Shown here in pieces: positions 28,541 through 41,760 of a stretch of 64,000 bases of DNA (positions are counted from its first letter, which is position 1; every line of letters starts with the position of its first letter). The translations under genes were made by a program, and so were the position numbers. The DNA comes from Eledone cirrhosa (taxonomy: Eukaryota), in NCBI GenBank assembly GCA_964016885.1, contig OZ024740.1:244032001-244096000 (forward strand). The letters run 5' to 3'. The notes beneath the pieces are model-generated. The model was not told the DNA's origin and ran no database searches. It worked only from the letters and a program-made list of their open reading frames with translations.

Positions 28541-28605
28541 TATTTTATCTGATGAAAGCGCACCAAGATTGGCTTGGTCGCCCTTGAAATATATATAATA
28601 AAATA
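28541..28605 (+). ncRNA. Type-I hammerhead ribozyme motif, intact core
   Basis: tattttat-CTGATGA-aagcgcaccaag..cttggtcgccctt-GAAAT-ATAT-ATA-ataaaata; 8-bp perfect stem I. Confidence 0.8.
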
Positions 28606-28703
28606 ATTATGGTTTTATAAATATAGTTTCCATTTATTAATATATTGTATATATATATATATATATATATTTAAAAGAAAAGAGGTATAACACACGAGTT
28701 ATG

Positions 28704-30733
28704 ATATATTGGTAAAAGGAAAAGAAAATGCTGACAAATTGTTCCCAGTGAAAAATAGTTTAATTAGGAATAAGTAAAAATTAGTAATAGTATTGGTTAG
28801 TATTCAGTTTTGGTTTTAAGTTTTACCGGTTGCGCATTTCTAATGCTTTTCAAAAATAATTTTGAGATAGAGCGCCCGTGATGTTTGCTCTAATCTGATT
28901 AGTTTTGGAAATTCTACCTGTTTTATGTAAAAAAAAGGGGCTCCAGATGTATGAAAAAATTCTTGTGGTCAAAACAATTTTGATTGGTCGGTAGAGGTCA
29001 TGTGAATGTTAAAAATTGATTTTGCGCCAAATGTAGGTTTGTCTCGGCTGATTGAGAAGTCACTGAAAAATAAGTCTTTCAAAACAAATATGTGTGTGTG
29101 TGTGTGTAGTAGTAGTAAAGTGGTTCGTTGTTGTGATAATGGTCAGCAGGGATGTGTGTGCGAACCGCAGCCTGTTGACAGTTCAAATGCCTATTAAGAC
29201 AAGTGTGTGTGTGTGTGTATGTGTGTGTGTAGCAGAGTAATTCGTGGTAGAGGGGGAGTCAGTAGGAATGTGTCTGTACGTGTGTGGGGGATATTTTACC
29301 ATGTTAAAAGATATTTTTCAGCTCTTGTCTTATACGGAGAAGTGTGTGTGTGTGTGTGTGTATATGTCTCTTTGTATGTTAATGTACGCGTGTGTATGTG
29401 TGTGTGTATATATATGTGTGTGTGTGTATATATGCGTGTGTGTGTGTGTGTGTGAGAATGTGTGTGTGTGTGTGGGTGGACCAGTATTTTTGTGATACTG
29501 GTAAAAATGGTGTACATTGTTCGATATTTTCAGTAAAAACGATTCTCTGAATAGAACATCAAAAACCTTAATAATAAAAGGGGTGAAATGATATATAGTA
29601 TTGGCGTAATAAAGGTGTGTGTGAGTGTCCAGATTGTAGGTACTGCAAGGGGAATCCATTAGGCCTTGCCATATTGGAATACTTGTGTACAAATATGTAT
29701 GTGCCCATCAGTGTGCAATGCATGTGTGCGTATATGTATGTGTGTGTGTCGGCACGTTTATATCTATAGACATCAAAAGGTATGCAAATTTGTGTATATT
29801 TGTGTTGCACCATAGAACATGTGTGTTTACGTATGTCATTGTGTTTATATGTGGATAGAGATGTATGCTGATGTAGGTATGTATGTTGACGTGTGTATGT
29901 TGTGGGTTCGTCTTAGAGAGAAGTGTTTAGACGGGGTCCGTATTTGTTAATAAAGTGAGATTCCTTGCTGATTCGCTGGGTGTGGGTGGCATTATCTTTA
30001 AATTTGTAGAGGGGAAAGATTCTGAAGTTGAGATGATTTTGGGTGGCACAGGTATCAATGTGTTCACTCAATGGTATTTTCCTGTATTCCCGTATTTTAA
30101 TTTGGGATCTATGAACAGTCATGCGTTGGCGGAGGCTGTTTTTGGTCTGGCCTATGTATTGTTCTCGACAACCTGAGCAAGTTAATACATATATTAGATT
30201 TTCTGATGCGCATGTGAAATTGTGTTTTACTATAAAACGTTGTCCTTCTTTGAAATAGAATTCCTAACCCTCTATTAGGTTGATGCATATGCCACAGTTG
30301 GGTCTATCGCATTTTTTTTACTGTGGGTTTCGTTGTTGCGGTTGGCAGTACTTTGGCATGTGTTAGGATGTTTTTCATTGACTTAGATTGTCTCAATCAG
30401 CCGAGACAAATCTACATTTGGCGCAAAATCAATTTTTAACATTCACATGACCTCTACCGACCAATCAAAATTGTTTTGACCACAAGAATTTTTTCATACA
30501 TCTGGAGCCCCTTTTTTTACATAAAACAGGTAGAATTTCCAAAACTAATCAGATTAGAGCAAACATCACGGGCGCTCTATCTCAAAATTATTTTTGAAAA
30601 GCATTAGAAATGCGCAACCGGTAAAACTTAAAACCAAAACTGAATACTAACCAATACTATGACTAAATTTTACTTATTCCTAATTAAACTATTTTTCACT
30701 GGGAACAATTGTCAGCATTTTCTTTTCCTTTTA

Positions 30734-30742
<9 letters not shown>
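28704..30742 (-). mobile_element. Penelope-like element with inverted terminal repeats (28704-29057 / 30391-30742)
   Basis: GIY-YIG on minus strand (C..C, NLIY...C.GC..YIGQT..RMTVHRSQI...LSEH...R..KE..FI.K..P.LN, about 29913-30370); near-identical arms of about 350 bp, (TA)n flanks. Confidence 0.85.
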
Positions 30743-30801
<59 letters not shown>

Positions 30802-31347
30802 GATCAGGAAGTTCAGACCTATGTGGTCGGGTGTTCTGGATACGCATGCTCACTTGAACTAAGGTTAGTAGAATTCACTACTTTTAGATTCTACATTCAC
30901 ACACACAATCCAACTTAACACATTATCCATGCGCCATCTATAAAAAACATACCTTTCTGTTATTCTGCAATTATACTACTTTACTCTATTACCTGTTCCA
31001 GTCGGCTAGCTGAGGCCTTGCTGCATATAATATGGGAACAAACCAATAAAAACATAAAACTAGGAGGTCTTTTGTTCATTTGTAAATTCATATCAATATG
31101 ATTGGGGAAAATCGATTGCCGCACGTGACCACAACCAGCGACTACAACTACTGGTTTCATTGACCACGGCAAGAGTTCACAACAATAACTCTCTCGATTC
31201 ACGGACAGACACTTCACTCACTTGCCATCCACCAAACCACTCGTTCAACTTCATCAACTCCTCTGACAACTACCACAAATCAACAAAGCAGACAAACAAA
31301 CTATTCAATAACTCGCCAAATTTAGAATTATCATATTCGTTCGTTTT

Positions 31348-31422
<75 letters not shown>

Positions 31423-32400
31423 CGTGTGCGTGCGCGTGTGTGTGCGTGTGTGCGTGTGTGCATGTGTAGTGATTAATAAACACAACATAACGAAATTGTG
31501 AAGAAATTCGCTTCGCAAACACGAGGTCTATGGGTTAGAAATTACTGTGTGGTATTTGGAACAAATCTGGCCAAGCTTTTTTAGTACAATTTGGTAGAGG
31601 GAATATGTGTTGAAGTTCATTGTAAGGATTGTTCCTGTAAATACAATGTCCCGCTTTTTCATACATTGTTTATCACATTAAGTCTAAGGATTGCATTAAC
31701 ACACAGGCGACTGTGAATATACTCAGACATTTACGCGTTAATTCAATAACCTGAGATCCATATATTTTTACATAGTGATTAAGATCTCAAGTGGTTATAT
31801 ATTCATACATCCATACATTTGGCTATTTAAGTGTTTGCATAATTCAATGAGTTCAACATTCATATGTTTGTATTTTGTACATCAGTTATTCATGCATGAG
31901 TGCTTTTACGTCTTATATGTTCTTAATACTATTTTGTGTTGACTACAGAAGCATTTTAATAAACTTTGAAGACACCTGTATCGAGTAAGTATCGGGAGTT
32001 ACTAAACAAAATAACTCTATACGTGGCTCAATATAGGTAGAAACAATTGTTAGTGTACAAATGCTTTAACTCTTTGGTTTTATTTAAACTATTAATATAT
32101 ATATATGTATAAGTTTATAAGAGGAGGGCACGAACGGGGAATAATTTCCCTTCACCATTTATATATATATATATATATATATATCCAAGAGATGGTAACA
32201 TGAATGGACCTGTTATTTTTATCTAAAGACATTTTTTTCCAATTCTACCCCGCCCGTTCCTTCAATCTATCTTATTTCTCATTCTTTCTTCTGATGTCGG
32301 TCTAGCGTCCAAAACATTAAGACCCTCTTCCTGCTATTTCAAGCGTTAATATATACCTTCCATATACTGTACACACACCCACACACACACATATATATAT

Positions 32401-33029
32401 GAAAAATATGGGGAGAAGAATACTGCATGGTTGCACATGGATTACATGTTATAAAATGAGTCCCTCACCAGTGATTTGCCAACGATCATTGGTATTTCAT
32501 CGCATTAAAAATCATATACCTCACGTTGGTGCGACAATAACTAAAATAAGTTATTAGGACAATTGAAACGCGTAAAGCGAGTGAGACAAGTAAACAACAC
32601 AGGGGAAAGCTAACCGAAGATAGAAAGAAACACAAGCAACATGGTTATTCTGTCAGTATAAGCTGGGTGAATACATGTGCGACTAAGAAACAGACCTTCC
32701 GCTAGTGAATCCGATGTAAGAAAGAAGGAAAATCGGGTTCGTAGCGGACGGGGGGAAGTGAGAAGGGGAGAAACAGAGAGTGAGTTAGTGGAAGTGCGAG
32801 GAAGAGGTCAGTAGAGAGAAAGTGTTAACTGACATGACAGAGGGGACGAAAGAAAGTAAGAGAAACAGAGAGAACGAGGGAGCAGTAAGAGAGAAAGAGA
32901 GAAACACAGAATCGCAGTTTAGGTAAATATATGTGAAAAATATGGGGAGAAGAATACTGCATGGTTGCACATGGATTACATGTTATAAAATGAGTCCCTC
33001 ATCAGTGATTTGCCAACGATCATTGGTAT
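32401..33029. repeat. Partial tandem (period 534 bp; 32401-32495 = 32935-33029) non-coding element between TA tracts
   Basis: 95-bp direct repeat gaaaaatatggggagaag...cattggtat with one mismatch. Confidence 0.8.
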
Positions 33030-33041
33030 ATTTATATATAT

Positions 33042-35048
33042 ATTAGTGTGGCCCCTATTTTTCAACTTTCTAAAGTTTAGCTCCTACCTGACTATCTTGT
33101 TCCAATTAATAAATAAACAATCTATGCAAAATTTTAGCTCAAGCAGACAACTGTAAGGTGACCCTCACCGACCGTGAAATTTTGAAGCTTTTGCCCGGAA
33201 AGTCAATTTTTTAGATAAAATGATTTTATCACTTATATAATTTTCTCTGAAATTAAAAAGTTATTCAGACTTATTCTTGGTATTAGTGAGGATAAGTGAC
33301 AATAAATATAACAGGGAAGGCAACTTGGAAAGCTGGGGACAGAGCGTAGGTATAGGACAAACACCTATTTTTCGCCGTCATCTAGTGGGCGGCCAGCCGT
33401 GAGCGAGTGAGGTTGTGAGTTGCGTTCGTCCGTTGAAAGAATTGTATTGCACCTAATGGTAGTGTAGAGAAATAAAATATTAAGAAATATACGTTAGTGA
33501 TAAACAGTGAACGAATATGACTTGTCCGCCTTTGTAAATATAAGTTAATTTATTTGTAATAACATGTAAGCACGCGTTCATTTTGTTGTGGGGCATTATG
33601 ATATAGATCTTCCCCTGTTGTGTTGGTAGCCCTGACAAAGTTATATTGCCATGTTTATAATCTCTCCGTTTTTATAATGATATGTGCTTTGTATTTTGTG
33701 ACCAAATATGATGCCTTTGATGGCCAATTCTTCCTTTTTTTTCTTTCAGAACTGTTTCGAAGTGGCTTCTGTGACATATTCTTCCTAGACCTGTGAAATG
33801 GCATCATCTTCTTCAGGTAGTTCATCACACAAGTTAAGAAAAGATTTTCATGTGACTCTTGTTGGCTCCATTTCCAGTCAAATCGTGGAAGCCAAACTAC
33901 CCTCAAATCGGCAAGTTTTAAGGGGTTTTTCTACAATGTGAGAGTTGTAAATCTTACAACGAAGGAAAGCGCAGCATTATTGATTCAAGAAGTTTCCGTT
34001 TTTTGGTAAAAAGCACGAATTCCTAGCAGAAGAACTGATCACTGCGTTGATAAAGTACTCAAACTCTATGATGAATGGAAAGGTTTACCGAAAAATTTGA
34101 CTAGAACTGCAGGCAAAGAAAAAGAAAAAAGAGAACGTTTTGTGGAAATGATGGATGATCTCTTTGACATAGTTTATTCAGATGTTTTGGGACAGATGAC
34201 AATTGAAAAGGATAAGAATTTCTTAATACTTCAGCACCAAAAAGGACGACCGGGCTCCATGGTTGGTGTAGATCAAAAACTAAAACACAATGAAGAAAGG
34301 GCACTGAAGCACACTTCAATGGAAACTGTCAAGATCAAGAAAAAAAGGTCTTACGAAGAAATGGAACAAAATGTTGCTACTCATTAGTTGGTTACATTAG
34401 AAACTGATGATTCAACATCAAGTAGCCAAAGCAGTTGTGGTGGTGACGACAGTGAAAATTAGCAGCAACAGCAACAATCGCAGCAGCAACAACAGTTCCA
34501 GCAACTCGAGGTACATTGCAGTTTTTTACTCCCTGTCTCTCTGAAATTTTGATAGGTGCAAAATCACTGATAGAAATGGGGTTTACATATTAATGGCAGC
34601 TGCAGAGGCTTTCGGGCGTGCTACTGAAAACCCAGTAGTAAATCGCACTTCTTTTCAACGCCTTAAAAACAAATTTAGAGAAGCGAGACACGCAGAAATA
34701 CAGAACTTATTTAACCTATACGACTGTCGAGAATTAGTGTTGCACTGGGATGGAAAGTTGCTCCCAGCACTCACATGCGTTGAAAAGGTTGATAGACTGG
34801 CAATAATAGTAACTTTTCAAGGCAAGAAGCAATTTTTGGGAGTTCCTGAAATTCCAACATCTTCAGGAGAACTGCAATCCATGGATGTTTACGAAGCAGT
34901 GGAGAAGTGGGGTATAACCGACAAAATTCAGGCACTCTGTTGTGATACGACAGCAAGCAACACAGGTCAAGTAAATGGGGCCTGGAAAAATCTAAATAAA
35001 TGTTCAATCGCGACCTGTTGTAGTTCCCTTGCCGTCATCACATTATTC
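33042..35048 (+). mobile_element. hATm-like DNA transposon, 5' part with degenerate transposase, truncated by a LINE
   Basis: Starts ttagtgtggccc after (TA)n; SKLPSNRQVL, KARIP, LVLHWDGKLLP, DRLAIIV, LGVPEI, WGITDKIQALCCDTTASNTG. Confidence 0.75.
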
Positions 35049-38000
35049 ATAGCCATCAGCGAGTCCAGGATCCACAAGCAGCAACTGACACCCATCTTTG
35101 ATGACTTTGAGATCTACGCATCTCTCTGTCAGCCAAGAGATGGAGGGGGAGGGGCTGTTACGTTTTGGAAAAACCTGGACCTCGAAATACAGCAAATACA
35201 CATGGACCCGGAGGGTAGATTGGTGGTCCTAGACGTGAACAGTGCTGGAGGTGGAGCCTTCAGACTGGTGACCGTTTATGCCCCGACTGGGACAACGCAG
35301 CCAGACTTCTTTAAGCGTCTAGAGACCTTTCTGGAAACGGTTCGCTCCTTGCTTTTAGTGGGGGACTGGAATAGTATCCTGGACGCACGTTGGGACTATG
35401 TAGGAACATGTCTCAGTAGAGCGGGGTGCAACAGCCTCAAAAATTTAATCGGCCGATTCCAACTGGCCGATAGGTATCGACTAGATTTCCCAAATGCACC
35501 ACTGTGGACATGGATAAATCGTAGTGGAACATCTAGATCGTATTTAGATAGATTCTTAATTATATATAGAGAGAGGAAAATGTTAAGCTGTCCACAAATG
35601 TACATGGTTGCCCATTCGGACCACAGACTAGTCACCCGCATAGTCAACCATGATAGAACGCATAGACAAGGACCCGGATACTGGAAACTGAACATGTCGT
35701 TACCGACTCGTAAAACCTACAGTAAACGGATAAGTAGTTTAGTTAAGCACAAGTTGACGGGAGCCATCGTCAACAATAGGTGGTGGTGCTCTCTAAAGAG
35801 AGCAACTAGAGTAGAGTCCATAGCTTTTAGCAAAGAACTAGCTTTAGAAAAAGATAAAACAGAAAGAGAACTGGTAGCCAAGGTAGAAGAGGGGCTTAGG
35901 AGTGGCAGTTAGCGTGTTAGCAACGAGAACAGCACTGGACCAGTTCTTCGATGCAAAACACGAAGGCTGCGTCGTCAGGAGAAGATCACGTACTCTAGGA
36001 AACGAGGGAGCAAAAGCTGTTAGCTGGATCTTAGTGGCAGAAGCGAAAAGTGACAACAAGTCCACGATACGATCTTTGAAAGACCGAAACGGACGCGTTC
36101 TACTTGATTCCAGGCAGATTTGCACAGCCTTTCAGCGGCACATTGCGCAACTGTTCGAGCAGAGCGGTGCGCCAAACGAGGCAATGGACTTCGGTTCATA
36201 CGTCGACGGCCTGCCGCGGTCTACCCTATGAATTTAACATAGGCATGCCGGACTTGTTCTCTGGCGCCCTCGAAGCCGTCTACTGCAATATGCAGCAGAA
36301 CGGGAGAATTCCCAGTTCTGTAGGCAGGGGCGTAGTAACGCTGATCAGGAAAGACGAGAACAAAGGGGACGAGATAAGTAACTTCAGGCCCATAACGCTC
36401 CTAAACACAGAGTTAAAGATTTTGACCAAGGTGTTAGCAGCGAGGCTGATGCTTGTCGTCGAGAACCTGGTGGGAAAAGCTCAAACGTGTGTAATTCCAA
36501 CCAGCTCCATACACGACAACCTCCACCTCATGTGATACATCATAGAGAGGGTGGGTTGTAAACCCTACTTCGGTGGGGCTCTGATCAATTTAGATCAGTC
36601 TAGGCGTTTGATAGGGTCGACCATCGATACTTGGAAGCGGCTCTCAAGGCGGCTGGTTTCCGACCCGTCTTCGGAGGCTGGATCACAGCCATGCATACCA
36701 ACATCTGCTCGACAGTCAAGGTGAACGGCTATATATCGGAGCCGTTCCGAATCACGCGTTCCATCCGACAGGGATGCCCTCTCCCCTCAATTCTGTACGT
36801 GTTGACTCACGAGCCACTATGCGGAGGCTGGAGCTTTTGCAGGGCATCCATTTGGAACCGGGACTGCGAAAAGCGGCGTCGGCTCATGCCGACGACGTGA
36901 CACTAATGGTGTCGAAAACATCGGAAATCGGGGCGATCGGCAACTCACTGCAAGAATACGAAAGGCTTACAGGAGCAAAACTGAACCCAGACAAGTCTGT
37001 CGGTTTGCAACTCGGAACGTAGAGAGGCAAACCGATGGCGTTCGACAGCGTCCTCGGACGCTGGACGGAAGGAACGGGGAAATTGCTCGGGGTCTGGTTC
37101 GGTCCGGACCTCCAGGTGGAGAAGTACTGGAACGAGGTCACGGCCAAGGATTTTGCGCTCACCCAGAAATGGGGAGAGTGCAAACTATCCTTGAAAGGTC
37201 GAGCGGAGGTGGCGAACACTTTCATAGCATCCGTCATCTACTACGGCTTGATCGTCGTACCTTGTCGCCGTGGATACCTCACCAAAATGGAACGCATGTT
37301 CTTCCAATTCGTTGGGAAGAAGCAAGCTCCACTGGTGAGGAGATCCGTCTGCTACCAGCACCCTTCCAGCGGGAATGCCGAACACACGCTCTGAGGCTAC
37401 GGCATCTCCAGGTATTCCCCATCGACCATTGGTTTGTGAGACAAGCCTTTCTGCAACTTCTCTCGTTGAAGGAGCTGCAGTCCTGGGTCAAGCAGAGACC
37501 GAAGACATGGGCACCTGGCACATCGAATGCGCTCAGGCGCTCACAGTCCTCTGTCAAGCGGGCACAGCAATCAGTGGAGACTCCATTTCGTCATTCTATA
37601 GAGAGAGGGCTAGTACTACACAAGTGCGACGACGTGCTCGGAGAGACTCTGCGCGTCGAAGAAGACGAGCTCACCAGTCTGTTCGGTAGGACTTACCACC
37701 CGGGACCTATGGACAACTTCCAAAGGACCCTGGCTTGGTAGTGCTACCGACGAGCTCTACCAGTACGCGATAAGATCTACAGGCACGGATGTCCCGGCAG
37801 GGATCCTTCAAGGAGGACCTGTCCAAGATGCGAGCGGGACATTGAAACCGTCCTGCACGCAATTGGACACTTCCCGGGCAGAACAACTGCTGTCGCGTGT
37901 GGGACAAATCCAGTTGACTGCCGAGTCCATAATAAGGATCAAACCACCACCTTCATTTAAAAACGGAGAAGCGGTTTTCCTCTGTACAGTGGCTACAGTG

Positions 38001-38423
38001 AAAGATGTTATATGGTGGACAAGGTTGTGAGGACTGAGGACAGATGCCTTTCTCTCCAGACAACAATTGATTCCCTTCTTTAGATACCACTTTAGAAGGA
38101 GAATCAGAGTGTAGAGAGAGGTACTGCACCCCAGTAAATTTACTGAAAGGTGGGTGAATGTAGCGAGAATGGTCCGAGTGATTGGGCCTTCTTGTATATA
38201 AGCCTGTAGGTTGAGGAAGAGAGCGAAAAGAAGAAAGGAGTACTTGCACAACATGCTCCTGGAGTTGAGGGTTGTTCTATCTACGGGGTATAAAACAACT
38301 ATTGGGGATTTCGATTGTTATACTTTCATGTTAAAACTTTTTTTACACGACTGTATGTAAAATCCCCGCCATATGTTTTTGTATTGTCTCCCTTTCTTGT
38401 GCGCCCTTGTGGCAAATAAAGAA

Positions 38424-38424
<1 letters not shown>
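35049..38424 (+). mobile_element. Tx1/L1-like LINE (subfamily A), truncated within APE, frameshifted
   Basis: VYAP..GDWN..YLDRF..SDH..PGYWKLN, FRPITLLN, QGCPL, HADD; aataaa plus (TCTA)n. Confidence 0.9.
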
Positions 38425-38486
<62 letters not shown>

Positions 38487-38487
38487 A

Positions 38488-40476
38488 GAGGGTTGGGAAC
38501 GAACCCGGCTTTGGTGGGGCTCTGATCAACTTGGATCAATCTAAGGCGTTCGATAGGGTCGACCATGGTTACCTGGATGCGGTGCTAGCGGCGGCAGGCT
38601 TCGGACCCGTTTTCAGGGGCTGGATCACTGCTATGCACAGCAGCCGCATCTGCTCTAGGGTCAAGGTGAACGGCTACCTCTCGGAGCCGTTCAAAATCGC
38701 GCGGTCCATCCGACAAGGGTGCCCTCTCTCCTCCCTTCTGTATGTGTTGACTCTCGAGCCACTACTGCGGAAGTTGGAGTTGTTGCAGGGCATCCCTTTG
38801 GAACCGGGATTGCGGAAAGCGGTGTCGGCCTACGCCGATGATGTGACAGTAATGGTGTCGACGGCCTCCGAAATCGAGGCGGTCGGCACCTTACTGGAGG
38901 AGTACGAAAAGTTCACAGGGGCTAAGCTGAACCGGGACAAGTCGATCGGTTTGCAACTCGGCACGTGGAGGGGCAGACCGATGCCCTCTGATGGCGTCGT
39001 CGGACGCTGGACGGAGGGCCCGGTGAAGTTGCTCGGGGTCTGGTTCGGACCGGACCTCCAGGTGGAGAAAAACTGGGCGGAGGTTACGAACAGGGTGTTT
39101 GCACTGACCCAGAAGTGGGCCAGTTGCAAACTATCCCTGAAAGGTCGGGCGGAGGTGGCGAACACTTATATAGCGTCCGTCATCTACTACCGCCTGACCG
39201 TAGTGCCCTGCCCAAGGGAAACCCTCACCAAGATGGAGCGCGCGCTCTTCCAATTCCTTTGGAAGAGGCGGGCTCCTATGGTGAGGAGATCCATCTGCTG
39301 TCAACACCCTTCGAAAGGAGGGCTGGGGATGCCGTGGCTAATGATGCGTAAACACGCATTAAGGCTACGGCACCTCTACGTATTCCTCACCGGACAACCG
39401 GTGTGGACCTCGTTTGTGAGACGAACCTTTCCCAGACTCGTCTCACTCACCGAGCTGCAATCCTGGGTCAAGCAAAGACCGAGAAAACTGGGCGCCTGGC
39501 ACACTGAGTGTGCCCAGGCGCTCACCGCCCTCTGGCAGGCGGATCCGGTTATCAGTGGAGACTCCACCGCAACATTCTATAGAGGGCTGGTACGCAGCAG
39601 GTGCGACGACGCCCTCGGAGAAGCCCTAGACATGGAGGAGGACGAACTGGCCAGCCTGTTCGGTAGGACATTCAGCCCGGGACCTATGGACAACTTCCAG
39701 AAGTCCCTGGCCTGGCAGTGCTACCGAGGGGCTTTACCCGTTCGAGAAAGGCTCTACAGACACGGGCGCCCGGGTAGGGACCCCGCCAAAAAGATCTGTC
39801 CCAGATGCGTGTGCGACGAGGAAACCGTTGCACACGCATTGGTACACTGCTCGGGCGTAGCCGATCTGTGGGGCTATGTCGAACAACTGCTGTCAAGGGT
39901 GGGACCGATCCGGTTGACCACCGAGTCTATTGTAATGATCAAGCCGCCTCCCCCCTTCAAAGATGAAGCAGAGGCGGTGTTTCTGTGCGTAATAGCCATG
40001 GCGAAAGAGGTTGTATGGTGGACGCGTCTGAAAGGACTGAGGTCAGGCACCTTTCTCTCTGGCCAACAACTGGTCCGTTTCTTCCGATATCATTTCGGAA
40101 GAAGGATCAGGATGGAGAGAGAGGTGCTGCACCCCAGTCGTTTTTATGAAAGGTGGGTGAAAGTGGCGATAATGGCCCGTGTGAATGGGCCTTCTCTTTA
40201 CATAAGCCTGTAGGTGGAAAAGAGGAAGGAACGAGGGAGCACCCCCTCCCTGTGCTCCTGAGGAAAAGGGTTGCACACTTTTTTCGGGGGTGTGTGCGAC
40301 CCCCCAAGGCGCCTCCTCTCTATTGAGGATTTTGTTAAAAATTTTATTTTTTGTTATATCTCATTTTATTTTTATATTTTGTTATTGCCTCCTCCTTATT
40401 GAGGACGCCTTTTTGTGTAAACTCCCCCCTTTGTACTTGTCCCACTTTTGATGCCCTAGTGGCAAATAAAAGAAAC

Positions 40477-40477
<1 letters not shown>
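38488..40477 (+). mobile_element. Tx1/L1-like LINE (subfamily B), 5'-truncated with an uninterrupted 560-aa RT C-terminal ORF (38531-40213)
   Basis: DQSKAFDRVDH, QGCPLS, YADD, GGLGMP, CPRC..E..H...C; (TCTA)n on both sides. Confidence 0.92.
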
Positions 40478-40556
<79 letters not shown>

Positions 40557-41472
40557 GTATCTTCTATCTAATTATATATCTATCTAACTGTCTGTCTGTT
40601 TGCTTGTCTTTAATCAACACGTTTCACATAGATTGGGAAATGTTTTCCCCATTTGACACTGGGTGGATTCCAGCAGTTGACAATGCAGATAGAGAAAAAC
40701 CGCTGTAGTGCAATAAAGCGATCAATTGTGAGAGGATGGTGAGTATTTTGAATCATAGCACAATCAAATAAGACTCGCAATTTGTTCGGAGGGAAAAATT
40801 GATTAAATCGACTCTAGTTCTTTGCTATTACTTAAATGTATCGACCCTGAAAGAATAGAAAGCAAAGTTGGCATCAGAGTGATTTGAACTCCAAAAGAAG
40901 CAAGTCATTCTACTAGCAATTCTACTAGCAATTCTACTAGCAATTCACAGCTTCAAGGGAATCAATAATAAAAATAAATAATTTGATTTCGTTGTAGGAT
41001 ATATAAAGACGCTAATCTAACAACAGAGCATGATACCACTCACCAGTAGATATGCAATAACACACAGACACACTGGAATGGGGCTCTGTTGGTTTCGACG
41101 ATGAGTGCTTTAGTTGTCCGATGAACGGCTTGATCGTGAAATTAACGTGCAAAGGCTGAGTAAAAGGCATAAAGTAAAACCAATCACACTATTCAAAATC
41201 ATACACAAATAATCCTAGCATAACAACTAACCTACACCAATTACTATTACAGGAGCATCAGTTGTCTTCAGGCTGCAGTCGTCAAATTGTGTGGTTTCTA
41301 TATTACTCTGCAGAGATCACTACCCAATTATTTAATTGACCTTGCACTCACACAGAGTTAGAACAATGACCAGATAAATTCCAACCATATACTCACGAAG
41401 AAGATGAACTAAAATAGAGACACACACCGAAATGAACTACATGTTCAACAACTAAAACTAGTGTCGACCGTG

Positions 41473-41589
<117 letters not shown>

Positions 41590-41603
41590 TTTCTTATTTT
41601 ACG

Positions 41604-41641
<38 letters not shown>

Positions 41642-41760
41642 TTAGAGTATGGGTTAACCGAACAGAGATGTGCGGACCACATTATGGTATGTCGGTTGTG
41701 AAGCAGATAAAAAGAAGTGCTCAACGACCTGTATAAATGGTGCAAGTCGGAGAATTATAT

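Larger units (their letters stand above)
25190..28647 (+). mobile_element. Penelope-like element with large 5' inverted duplication (25285-25358 = rc 28575-28647; 25366-26344 = rc 27291-28080)
   Basis: GIY-YIG fragment 26353-26980 (KCNCR...CLVKNMVY...YVGST..FKSRFNNH); HHR at 28541-28605; TA/TG microsatellite flanks. Confidence 0.85.

Noticed and set aside
25285-30742. Inverted repeats as DNA-transposon TIRs or MITEs
   Set aside because: Arms are asymmetric, enclose GIY-YIG fragments and HHR motifs, and lack transposase; Penelope-type inversion explains them better
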